Numbered from the stretch's first letter, positions 18,529-26,545 are shown. The stretch is 43,882 bases of DNA from Clostridia bacterium (GCA_017505165.1 JAFVPU010000138.1:1-43882); one strand, 5' to 3'. The notes: a model not told the origin generated them from the sequence alone. Numbers and translations are program-made.

Positions 18529-18681
18529 ATTTGAAATCAAAATCAAACTTGGTTGCAAAAATTCAAAATGAAAAAATAAATAGGAGGAATTTAAAATATC
18601 GAAGCAAGTTCGATATAATAAATCCTTAAATTTGCTTGCTATTACGCAAGCGCAACGCAAAACAAATTAAAGGAGAAAATT

Positions 18682-20046
18682 ATGGGAAGTTTTGACAAAA
18701 TAGTTAATTTATGTAAAAATCGTGGATTTATTTTTCCAGGAAGTGAGATTTATGATGGTCTTGCAAACACATGGGATTATGGTCCTGTTGGAGTTGAATT
18801 GAAGAATAATATCAAGCGTGCTTGGTGGAAGAAGTTTGTTCAAGAAGCAGACAATTCTTTCGGTGTTGATGCTGATATTTTTATGAACAGTAAAGTGTGG
18901 GATGCAAGTGGTCATACCGCGTCTTTTTCGGATCCAAAGATGGATTGTAAGTGTTGTAAAACTCGTCATAGAGCAGACAATTTGATTGATGCTCATAGCA
19001 AGAAGACTGTCAATCCAGATTTGATGAGTAATGAGGAAATGGAACAATATATTTATAACAACAAAGTTCCTTGTCCAAAGTGTGGAAAGTGTGATTGGAC
19101 CAATATTCGTAATTTCAATCTTATGTTCTCAACATCTCGTGGTGTAACAGATGAAGGACAAAATCTTATTTATCTTCGTCCAGAAACAGCACAAGGAGAA
19201 TTTGTCAATTTCCTTAATGTCCAACGTAGTATGAGAGCAAAAGTACCTTTTGGTATTGCTCAAATCGGTAAAGCGTTTAGAAATGAAGTAACTCCAGGAA
19301 ACTTCACTTTCAGAACAATTGAATTCGAACAAATGGAACATCAATGGTTCTGCAAGGCAGAAAATAGTCTTGCTGACTATGAAGTTTATAAGAAAAAAGC
19401 TTTGGATTTCTTGCTTTCAATTGGATTCAATCCAGAACATTTGCGTTATCATGATCATGATAAACTTGCTCACTATGCGAAAGCAGCTTGCGATATTCAA
19501 TTCTTGTATCCTATCGGTTGGGAAGAACTCAATGGTATCCACCACCGTGGAGATTGGGACCTCAGTCGTCATCAAGAATACAGTGGAAAATCAATGCTTT
19601 ATCTCGATCCATATACAAACGAAAAATATATTCCAAATGTAGTGGAATATTCTATCGGTGCAGATAGATTGACTCTCGCAGTATTGTGTGAAGCATATGA
19701 CGAACAAACTCTCGAGGGTGGTGATACACGTGTTGTTATGCATTTCCATCCAGCAATCGCTCCATACAAGGTGGCTGTGCTTCCGCTTCAAAAGAATTTG
19801 AGCGAAAAAGCAATGGAAGTTTATCGCAAACTTAGCAAGAATTTCATGGTAACATATGACGAAGCAGGTTCAATCGGTAAACGTTATCGTCGTCAAGATG
19901 AAATCGGAACACCAATGTGTGTTACAATAGACTTTGATACATTGGAAGATAACTCTGTTACAATTCGTGATAGAGACACAATGGAACAAATCCGTCTTCC
20001 GATTGAGAAGTTGGTTGAATATGTAAGCGAAAAGGTGCAGTATTAA
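18682..20046 (+). CDS. glyQS: glycine--tRNA ligase (homodimeric GlyQS type)
   Basis: FIFPGSEIYDGLANTWDYGPVGVELKNNIK, YLRPETAQG and FRNEVTPGNFTFRTIEFEQME motifs. AAAGGAG SD. Confidence 0.95.
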   Translation: MGSFDKIVNLCKNRGFIFPGSEIYDGLANTWDYGPVGVELKNNIKRAWWKKFVQEADNSFGVDADIFMNSKVWDASGHTASFSDPKMDCKCCKTRHRADNLIDAHSKKTVNPDLMSNEEMEQYIYNNKVPCPKCGKCDWTNIRNFNLMFSTSRGVTDEGQNLIYLRPETAQGEFVNFLNVQRSMRAKVPFGIAQIGKAFRNEVTPGNFTFRTIEFEQMEHQWFCKAENSLADYEVYKKKALDFLLSIGFNPEHLRYHDHDKLAHYAKAACDIQFLYPIGWEELNGIHHRGDWDLSRHQEYSGKSMLYLDPYTNEKYIPNVVEYSIGADRLTLAVLCEAYDEQTLEGGDTRVVMHFHPAIAPYKVAVLPLQKNLSEKAMEVYRKLSKNFMVTYDEAGSIGKRYRRQDEIGTPMCVTIDFDTLEDNSVTIRDRDTMEQIRLPIEKLVEYVSEKVQY

Positions 20047-20059
20047 GCACCTTTTTTTT
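20033..20059 (+). terminator. intrinsic terminator overlapping the glyQS stop
   Basis: AGGTGC / GCACCT hairpin with the TAA in the loop, followed by a T-run. Confidence 0.75.
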
Positions 20060-20120
20060 ATGAATATATTGACAATAAATAAAATATTTTGTAATATATA
20101 AATATATTTATGGAGGGTTT

Positions 20121-21806
20121 ATGGCTAAAACAAATGAAATTGTTAGACTTTCAGAAGGAAAAGGTGAAAATAAGGTGGTATATAGTTATACCGCTGATTC
20201 TATCAAAAAATACGTAAAAGAAGAACTTGTTTCAGCAGTGGAATCAGGAGAACAATCTCCACTGATGCGTTTGTTGCATCTCAGAAGAGGTAATCTCAAT
20301 TTTGTCAAGAAAGATTGTGCAGATGCAATTTTGGACAAAATCGAAGATTTCAAAAAGAGAGTAAAAACAGAAGTTAATGTTACTATCGAACATATTGATG
20401 GTGGATATGTAAAAACTATCAAAGATATTGTAGATGAATCTTTTGAGTCTTTGATGAAAAATGAAAATTTCATAAAAAAGATGATTGTGGAAAATCCTAT
20501 TCAAGTTATTGAAATGGGATTGTTCAAAGACTATATCAATAATGATAATAATATGTTTATACACTTATTTAATAGTTTATTGGCAAGCAAAGATCCAAAT
20601 GCTCGCATACTTGCTGATAAATTATACAACAAATATATTGTTAAAGATATTGACAAAATGATGATGATTGCAAAGAATCCAAAAGCAGAAAAATATGTTG
20701 ATGAAATTCTTTCTGGTGATCATATTCAAAACAAAACTCAATATGGCAAATTTGCCAAAATTGCAGTAAAGAATAATCCGGCAATATGGATTCGTGTTAA
20801 CGCAAAGAAAATGGCACCAGCAGATATATTGTCTATGGTGAAAACTAATATTTTGCATGTACCTTCTATAATGAACATGTTAACTCAACTTGATGCTGCT
20901 ACAGCAAAGAGATATCTCAAGATTATGATCAAACATTCAAATGCTTTGTTGCAAGCGAAAGTTGATGAAATTAACTCAATTGCAGATCCTCAAGAACGTA
21001 AACAAAAACAGGATCAATTGAAAGTTGAAATAAAAGATTATATCTCTGAATTTAGTGCTTCTGCCAAAACAGTAGCAGGATATGTATTATTCTGTGAATC
21101 TAATAAATTGCAAGAAAAAACAGATGAATTGAATTCTGAAGCACTCAAACTTCATGGAAATAGAGAAAATGAAATCAATTTGCAATATAAGAAGACCGAA
21201 GCAACTGCGACAAAGATTTTGGAACAACACAGAAGCAAAAAAGCTCTTGAAGCATTAGAAGTTGACACAGATGAACTCCGTTCATATATATTCATGGCTG
21301 TATCAAAAGATATGGGATTAAAAAATTTCCAAAAAGATGAATCAAAAACTTTCATGGAAGTTATGAAGGCAAGATTGAAAGAAATAGACAAGAAATTCCC
21401 TAAGGACGCATATCCTGACAATAATAAGGAATTGAAAAACAAAGTTGTTAGAGACACATTGAAAGATTTGTTGGCAGGAAAAGTAAAGACAAAATTGGGT
21501 CAAAAATTGCACAATTCATCAATTCCAAAACGTGAAGAAATAGCAAAGAAACTTACTGATGAAAGAGTTGGCATAATAGTTGATGAGAAATATTCAGAAT
21601 TGATAAAAGAGTTTGAAATTAAATATAACGAAGCACTTCAACATTATGCTGAATTGAGAGACAATAAGGTTGAAGCAAGCCTTGAGGTTGCTCAAAAACA
21701 AATTGATAAGAATGAGGCTTCAAAGAACAAGAAAATCGAAAAACTCAAAAAGAAAAGTGATGAATTGATTGATACTATAAAATCTGAAAATGATTTGGGG
21801 CTTTAA
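20121..21806 (+). CDS. orphan 561-aa helical K/E-rich protein
   Basis: Long ORF with a GGAGGG SD and a TTGACA-17-TAATAT promoter. No TM segment and no recognised domain. Confidence 0.65.
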   Translation: MAKTNEIVRLSEGKGENKVVYSYTADSIKKYVKEELVSAVESGEQSPLMRLLHLRRGNLNFVKKDCADAILDKIEDFKKRVKTEVNVTIEHIDGGYVKTIKDIVDESFESLMKNENFIKKMIVENPIQVIEMGLFKDYINNDNNMFIHLFNSLLASKDPNARILADKLYNKYIVKDIDKMMMIAKNPKAEKYVDEILSGDHIQNKTQYGKFAKIAVKNNPAIWIRVNAKKMAPADILSMVKTNILHVPSIMNMLTQLDAATAKRYLKIMIKHSNALLQAKVDEINSIADPQERKQKQDQLKVEIKDYISEFSASAKTVAGYVLFCESNKLQEKTDELNSEALKLHGNRENEINLQYKKTEATATKILEQHRSKKALEALEVDTDELRSYIFMAVSKDMGLKNFQKDESKTFMEVMKARLKEIDKKFPKDAYPDNNKELKNKVVRDTLKDLLAGKVKTKLGQKLHNSSIPKREEIAKKLTDERVGIIVDEKYSELIKEFEIKYNEALQHYAELRDNKVEASLEVAQKQIDKNEASKNKKIEKLKKKSDELIDTIKSENDLGL

Positions 21807-21826
21807 GATTTATATAGGGGGTATTT

Positions 21827-22069
21827 ATGAGTAAAATAAATGAAAAAATAGACAAAGCTTATGAGCAAATCGAGAAAGAAGTTGATGATATTATGACTCA
21901 AAAACAAAAGAAAGTAGTTGCTCCAAAACCAATCAACACAAAGATTAAACCTAGAGTTTACTTCCAAGAGAAAGAAAAGGAAGAAACATTGACAAAAGCT
22001 CAAACTGAAAAAGAAATTGAGGAAATCAAGAAAGAACTTTTCAAAGATATTTTCAAGAAAAAGAAGTAG
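21827..22069 (+). CDS. orphan 80-aa K/E-rich protein
   Basis: GGGGG SD. Lies 20 nt after the previous gene and shares its terminator. Confidence 0.5.
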   Translation: MSKINEKIDKAYEQIEKEVDDIMTQKQKKVVAPKPINTKIKPRVYFQEKEKEETLTKAQTEKEIEEIKKELFKDIFKKKK

Positions 22070-22075
22070 TAAACA

Positions 22076-22104
22076 AAAAAACCGCTTATAAAAGCGGTTT
22101 TTTT
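22076..22104 (+). terminator. intrinsic terminator
   Basis: ACCGCT / AGCGGT hairpin flanked by an A-run and a T-run. Confidence 0.8.
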
Positions 22105-22169
22105 GCTATGGTGTACTACCTGCTTGACACTGGCATGCATTTGCCATCTCGGTATTCCTAGCCATAGTC
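22105..22169. ncRNA. candidate structured RNA (GC-rich imperfect hairpin), class and strand unknown
   Basis: CTATGG...CCATAG closing stem and TGGCA-TGCATT-TGCCA apical hairpin. G+C is 32 of 65 nt by hand count, inside clearly AT-rich intergenic DNA. Confidence 0.3.
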
Positions 22170-22194
22170 TAACGTTAGATAATTATATTATAAA

Positions 22195-22237
22195 GACACA
22201 ATTGTGTTTTGTCAAGTAAAAAAGACATAAATGTGTC
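22195..22237 (+). promoter_or_regulatory. two related palindromic operator-like sites upstream of and overlapping the XRE gene start
   Basis: ACACAATTGTGT (22196-22207) is a perfect 12-bp palindrome. GACATAAATGTGTC (22224-22237) is a related imperfect palindrome. Confidence 0.45.
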
Positions 22238-22248
22238 AAAATATTTTT

Positions 22249-22473
22249 ATGAAGAAACCAGAAAGTATTTATAAAGTTTTTATGGAAAGATTGAAAGAAT
22301 TGATGGAAGACAAGAATATCAATATGAAAGTTTTGTCAGAAAATACAGCTATTCCTAGATCTACAATCAATAGTTGGAATTTGAAAGAAAGATTGCCAAG
22401 TGCCGAGTGTCTGTTTGCTTTGGCAGAATATTTTGAAGTTACTGTTGATTATTTATTAGGTAGAGAGAATTAA
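22249..22473 (+). CDS. XRE-family helix-turn-helix transcriptional regulator
   Basis: LKELMEDKNINMKVLSENTAIPRSTINSWNLKERLPSAECLFALAEYFEVTVDYLLG is a classic Cro/C1 HTH. Start is uncertain (ATG 22231, 22249 or 22282). No SD. Confidence 0.8.
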   Translation: MKKPESIYKVFMERLKELMEDKNINMKVLSENTAIPRSTINSWNLKERLPSAECLFALAEYFEVTVDYLLGREN

Positions 22474-22501
22474 AAAAACACAGATTAGTCTGTGTTTTTT
22501 A
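22472..22501. terminator. bidirectional intrinsic terminator
   Basis: ACACAGA / TCTGTGT hairpin flanked by an A-run and a T-run, between convergent genes. Confidence 0.8.
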
Positions 22502-23026
22502 TAGGTTCTTAGTTGTTTCGTTTGCTTTTTTGTCTAATTCATTAATTTCTTTTTCGTTAAGATGTCTTTTAGCATTTAAAATTAAGGTGTTTGTTTTAGA
22601 CATAGCAAGAGTTTTTTCAAATTTCAAATTTTCTATTTGTTTTTGTATTAAAGATAATTTTTCGCTATAAATTTTTTCATCAGATTTATTTTTTATTACT
22701 GATTTTAGATATGTTTCAATTGTGTAATTTTTATCTTTTCTTTCCAACAAGAAATTTTGCCACTCAAGAGAGTAATCGTCAAAATCACATTTTTTATTTG
22801 GATTATTTTTATACACTTGGAAAACATGGTCGGTGAAATACACGTTTAAGAATTTTTCATCAGTCATAAGATTGTCATAAACGATTAAGTTTGCTCCTTC
22901 TTCAAAGTCTATAAGTTCAGCTGTCTTTTTCTTGCTTCCAACAACAATTTTATCACACCATATCCAACCTAATTTTTCTATAAATACTTTTAAATCTTCT
23001 AAGTTAGCATATTTTATGTCGTTCAT
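22499..23026 (-). CDS. hypothetical 175-aa protein co-transcribed with rplI
   Basis: AGGAGA SD. Starts 9 nt after the rplI stop. C-terminal coiled-coil-like region. No domain recognised. Confidence 0.55.
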   Translation of the reverse strand: MNDIKYANLEDLKVFIEKLGWIWCDKIVVGSKKKTAELIDFEEGANLIVYDNLMTDEKFLNVYFTDHVFQVYKNNPNKKCDFDDYSLEWQNFLLERKDKNYTIETYLKSVIKNKSDEKIYSEKLSLIQKQIENLKFEKTLAMSKTNTLILNAKRHLNEKEINELDKKANETTKNL

Positions 23027-23035
23027 TTCTGTCTC

Positions 23036-23479
23036 CTATTTAATATTTACGTTTGCTATGATATCAACAGAAACTTCTTTGATGAATTGAAGTGTGATTT
23101 TATATTCTCCAACACCTTTGATTGGTTCAAAATCTTTGATCATATTCTTTTCAATTTTCAATCCATCTGCAATAAGTTTGTTTAAAATTTCTTGTTTTGT
23201 TACCGATCCGAATGCTTTTCCATTAGCGCCAACATTGAGAGTGAAATTATATTTTTTGTTTCTGATTCTGTCAGCTATTGCCTGAAATTCTTTCACCATT
23301 TCGCCATGATGGAAAGCTTTTGCTTCAACCTGACCTTTGTGGTCATTGAGGTTGCTTGCGTTTGCTTCTTTTGCAATACCTTGTTTGATGAGAACATTCA
23401 ATGCGTAGTTTGGATTAACGTCGATAATGTCTCCCGCTTTGCCTTTACCTTTGAGGTCTTTGATAAGAATAATTTTCAT
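23036..23479 (-). CDS. rplI: 50S ribosomal protein L9
   Basis: MKIILIKDLKGKGKAGDIIDVNPNYALNVLIKQGIAKEA is the L9 N-terminal signature. AAGGAG SD. Confidence 0.95.
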   Translation of the reverse strand: MKIILIKDLKGKGKAGDIIDVNPNYALNVLIKQGIAKEANASNLNDHKGQVEAKAFHHGEMVKEFQAIADRIRNKKYNFTLNVGANGKAFGSVTKQEILNKLIADGLKIEKNMIKDFEPIKGVGEYKITLQFIKEVSVDIIANVNIK

Positions 23480-23569
23480 ATTATCTCCTTTATGACTTAA
23501 TTCTACAAAAGAATTATCAAAATGTCAAATCAAAAGTATAAGTTTTATTTTTTATGGAAAAATATTCTT

Positions 23570-23884
23570 ATGGACGTAGTTTGTAGGAAATATAGTTGTA
23601 TCTATAATGAAAAATCAAAGTGTAGCAGAAAAAATCTCCAGATAGATAAGATCGCTTATTGTGATGATATAAAAATAGACAACAATAAAATTGTTGAAGA
23701 TGTTTCAAAAGATATGTTTTCACATGAACCAGATGTTGCTCCTTATCATCATTGTAAAAATATGAATATTATGTGTGAAGATAAAGATTGCATATTCAAC
23801 AAAAGTGGAGAATGCTTTTCAAATGGAATTTTTGTTGGAAGTGAGAAAAACAGAGCAGGGTGTAATAGTTTCGTAAAGAGATAA
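23570..23884 (+). CDS. DUF1540 domain protein (two Cys-rich repeats)
   Basis: VVCRKYSCIYNEKSKCSRKNLQI...YCDD and CEDKDCIFNKSGECFSNGIFVGS...AGCNSF fit DUF1540. Start is uncertain (track ORF 23522). Confidence 0.6.
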   Translation: MDVVCRKYSCIYNEKSKCSRKNLQIDKIAYCDDIKIDNNKIVEDVSKDMFSHEPDVAPYHHCKNMNIMCEDKDCIFNKSGECFSNGIFVGSEKNRAGCNSFVKR

Positions 23885-23923
23885 TAAAACTTCACAAAAA
23901 ATTTTTTCTTGAGTGTAAATTTG

Positions 23924-23952
23924 TTGACAACAAATTATCTTTGTGATATTAT
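23924..23952 (+). promoter_or_regulatory. consensus extended -10 promoter of the leuS leader
   Basis: TTGACA 23924-23929, 17-nt spacer, TGaTATTAT (-10 at 23947-23952), then 6 nt to ATG 23959. Confidence 0.65.
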
Positions 23953-23958
23953 GTAAGC

Positions 23959-23994
23959 ATGAAAATAAGAAATTCAGCATTACTATTGCGTTAG
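23959..23994 (+). CDS. candidate leuS leader peptide MKIRNSALLLR*
   Basis: 11 codons, with TTA CTA TTG (three consecutive Leu, three different codons) at 23980-23988. The stop abuts the first hairpin of the leader. No SD, so it would have to be translated leaderless. Confidence 0.4.
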   Translation: MKIRNSALLLR

Positions 23995-24040
23995 GGTGCC
24001 TAGATTTAGGCACAGTTTTTGGTTGTGCTGAAAATATAGT

Positions 24041-24068
24041 TTGACAGCACAATCGCTGTCAATTTTTT
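24041..24068 (+). terminator. attenuator terminator in the leuS leader
   Basis: TTGACAGC / GCTGTCAA stem, ACAATC loop, TTTTTT run, 20 nt upstream of the leuS ATG. The 5' arm overlaps an alternative hairpin TTGTGCTG (24023-24030) / CAGCACAA (24045-24052). Confidence 0.7.
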
Positions 24069-24087
24069 ATTGAACAAAGGAGTTCTT

Positions 24088-26496
24088 ATGAAAGAATACA
24101 AACATATTGAGATTGAGAATAAGTGGAGAAAATATTGGGAGGACAATCAAACATTCAAAACTGATGTTTGGGATTTTTCTCGTCCAAAATTTTATGCATT
24201 GGATATGTTTCCTTATCCATCAGGTTCAGGTCTTCATGCAGGACACCCAGAAGGTTATACTGCGACAGACATTGTTTCAAGAATGAAGAGAATGCAAGGA
24301 TACAATGTATTGCATCCAATGGGATTCGATTCGTTCGGTCTTTCGGCTGAACAATTTGCTTTGGATTCAGGCAAGCACCCAGGAACATTCACAGAATCTA
24401 ATATGGCATATTTCATTAATCAGCTCAAAAATTTGGGATTTTCTTTTGATTGGGATAGATGTATTTCAACTCATCAACCAGAATATTATAAGTGGACACA
24501 ATGGATTTTCAAGCGTTTGTATGACGACGGTTATGCAAAATTTATAGACATGCCTGTGAATTGGTGTGAAGAACTTGGTTGTGTGCTTGCCAATGATGAA
24601 ATTGTTGACGGTAAGAGTGAAAGGGGCGGTTTCCCGGTTGTCAAGAAAAATATGAGACAATGGGTTATTGATACGCCTGCTTTTGCAGAAAGATTGCTCA
24701 AAGGTCTTGATGAAATTGATTGGCCAGAATCAACAAAAGCTATGCAACGAAATTGGATTGGAAAATCTGAAGGTGTTGAAGTTGACTTCAAACTTGAACT
24801 TGGTGGAAAACTTTCAATATTTACTACTTGTATAGAAACTATTTATGGAATAACTTTCATGGTGCTTGCTCCAGAACACAAACTTGTTCAAAAATTGAAA
24901 GATCATATTGAAAATTGGGATGAAGTACAGGCATATATTGATGAAACAAACAAAAAATCAGATTTGGAACGTACAGATTTGAACAAAGGAAAATCAGGTT
25001 GTGAACTTAAAGGAATCTATGCGATCAATCCTGTCAACAATAAACGTGTGAAAGTGTTTATTGGAGATTTTGTTTTGGCTTCATATGCTGATGGTGCAGT
25101 TATGGCAGTGCCAAGTCATGACCAAAGAGATTTCGAGTATGCTATTGCTCATAATATTGAAATGATTCAAGTCATAGATGGTAGAGATGTGAGTGAATCT
25201 GCTTTTGAAAAGCAAGATTATCTTGGCAAAGGTTGCAAGTTGATCAATAGTGAAGAGTTTACTGGTCTCACTGTCGAAGAAGCAAAAGTTGCAATCACAG
25301 AGAAACTCGAGAAGATGGGTATAGCAAGAAAGAAAGTGAACTATCGTATTCATGAATGGATATTTGCTCGTCAAAGATATTGGGGAGAACCTGTTCCGGT
25401 GGTACATTTTGAAGATGGTACGACTAAGTCTATCGGTGATGATGAGTTGCCACTTCTTCTTCCTTATATTGAAGACTACAAACCAGCAAAAGATGGAAGC
25501 AGTCCATTGGCAAAGAAAGATGATTGGGTCAATGTTATTGTTGATGGAAAACCTGCAAAAAGAGAGACAAGTACTATGCCTGGTGCAGCTGGATCAAGTT
25601 GGTATTATTTGCGTTATATAGATCCGCATAATGACAAAGAATTGGCAAATCCAGAGTTGTTGAAACATTGGATGCCGGTAGATCTTTATATGGGTGGACC
25701 TGAACATGCTGTAGGTCATTTGCTTTACTCAAGAATGTGGAATAATTTCTTGTATGAAAAAGGTATTTCACCATGCAAAGAACCATTTAAAAAACTTGTT
25801 CATCAGGGCATGATTCTTGGCGCAAATGGAATAAAGATGGGTAAGAGATATCCAAAATATGTGGTAGATCCAAATGATATTGTTGAGAAATATGGTGCAG
25901 ATACACTTCGTTTGTTCGAAATGTTTATGGGGCCTATCGAGGCTTCAAAACCTTGGGACGATAATGGAGTTGCAGGATCAAGAAAATTCTTGGATAAGAT
26001 ATATAGAATATATCAAGAAAAACAAATCGTAGATCAAGAAAACAAAAATCTAGATCTTGTGTATCACCAAACAGTGAAAAAGGTTACTGAAGACTATGAA
26101 ACACTCAATTTCAATACAGCTATTTCTCAAATGATGATATTTATCAATGCATTATCGAAGGAGACTATTTTCCCAAGAGAATATGCAGAAGATTTTGTGA
26201 AGTTGTTGAATCCAATATGTCCTCATATAACTGAAGAATTGTGGCAAGAATTGGGACACACAGGTACAATTTCCTATGAAGCATGGCCTAAATATGATGA
26301 AACAAAAATGATTGTTGATGAAGTTGAAATTCCTATTCAGATCAACGGAAAATTGAGAGGAAAAATCACTGTCAACAAGTCTGCATCAGAAGGAGAAATT
26401 AAAGAAAAAGCTTTGATTGAAGTTGCTTCTTATGTTGAAGGTGGATATAAGAAAATTATTTATATTCCAGGAAGAATTTTCAATATAGTTGTATAA
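24088..26496 (+). CDS. leuS: leucine--tRNA ligase
   Basis: YALDMFPYPSGSGLHAGHPEGYTATD (HIGH region), the CP1 editing region, and KMGKR in place of KMSKS. AAAGGAG SD before ATG 24088. Confidence 0.95.
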   Translation: MKEYKHIEIENKWRKYWEDNQTFKTDVWDFSRPKFYALDMFPYPSGSGLHAGHPEGYTATDIVSRMKRMQGYNVLHPMGFDSFGLSAEQFALDSGKHPGTFTESNMAYFINQLKNLGFSFDWDRCISTHQPEYYKWTQWIFKRLYDDGYAKFIDMPVNWCEELGCVLANDEIVDGKSERGGFPVVKKNMRQWVIDTPAFAERLLKGLDEIDWPESTKAMQRNWIGKSEGVEVDFKLELGGKLSIFTTCIETIYGITFMVLAPEHKLVQKLKDHIENWDEVQAYIDETNKKSDLERTDLNKGKSGCELKGIYAINPVNNKRVKVFIGDFVLASYADGAVMAVPSHDQRDFEYAIAHNIEMIQVIDGRDVSESAFEKQDYLGKGCKLINSEEFTGLTVEEAKVAITEKLEKMGIARKKVNYRIHEWIFARQRYWGEPVPVVHFEDGTTKSIGDDELPLLLPYIEDYKPAKDGSSPLAKKDDWVNVIVDGKPAKRETSTMPGAAGSSWYYLRYIDPHNDKELANPELLKHWMPVDLYMGGPEHAVGHLLYSRMWNNFLYEKGISPCKEPFKKLVHQGMILGANGIKMGKRYPKYVVDPNDIVEKYGADTLRLFEMFMGPIEASKPWDDNGVAGSRKFLDKIYRIYQEKQIVDQENKNLDLVYHQTVKKVTEDYETLNFNTAISQMMIFINALSKETIFPREYAEDFVKLLNPICPHITEELWQELGHTGTISYEAWPKYDETKMIVDEVEIPIQINGKLRGKITVNKSASEGEIKEKALIEVASYVEGGYKKIIYIPGRIFNIVV

Positions 26497-26512
26497 AATC
26501 AGGAAAAATAAT

Positions 26513-26543
26513 GAAAAAACTAGCAAAGTTGCTAGTTTTTTTA
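26513..26543. terminator. bidirectional intrinsic terminator
   Basis: ACTAGCA / TGCTAGT hairpin flanked by an A-run and a T-run. Confidence 0.8.
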
Positions 26544-26545
26544 AA

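Noticed and set aside
18568-18579. Mini-ORF ATG AAA AAA TAA in the glyQS spacer
   Set aside because: It has three codons, no SD and no link to glycine codons. It is most likely fortuitous.
22105-22169. SRP RNA, tRNA fragment or tmRNA identity for the GC-rich hairpin
   Set aside because: The apex loop is 6 nt (TGCATT or AATGCA), not a GNRA tetraloop. No GGAA/AGCA symmetric-loop motifs, no T-loop (TTCGA) and no CCA end. Kept only as an unclassified candidate.
22231-23026. XRE regulator plus the 175-aa gene as a toxin-antitoxin pair, defence pair or prophage remnant
   Set aside because: The two genes are convergent and separated by a bidirectional terminator. The 175-aa gene is translationally and transcriptionally coupled to rplI, and no phage genes flank them.
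23924-24068. T-box riboswitch upstream of leuS (and likewise upstream of ileS, 33092-33266)
   Set aside because: The leaders run only about 110-140 nt from promoter to terminator. They lack the GGUGGNACCGCG core. The leuS leader matches only TTAGGGTG. No stem I or specifier architecture is visible. An Rfam scan should still confirm this.
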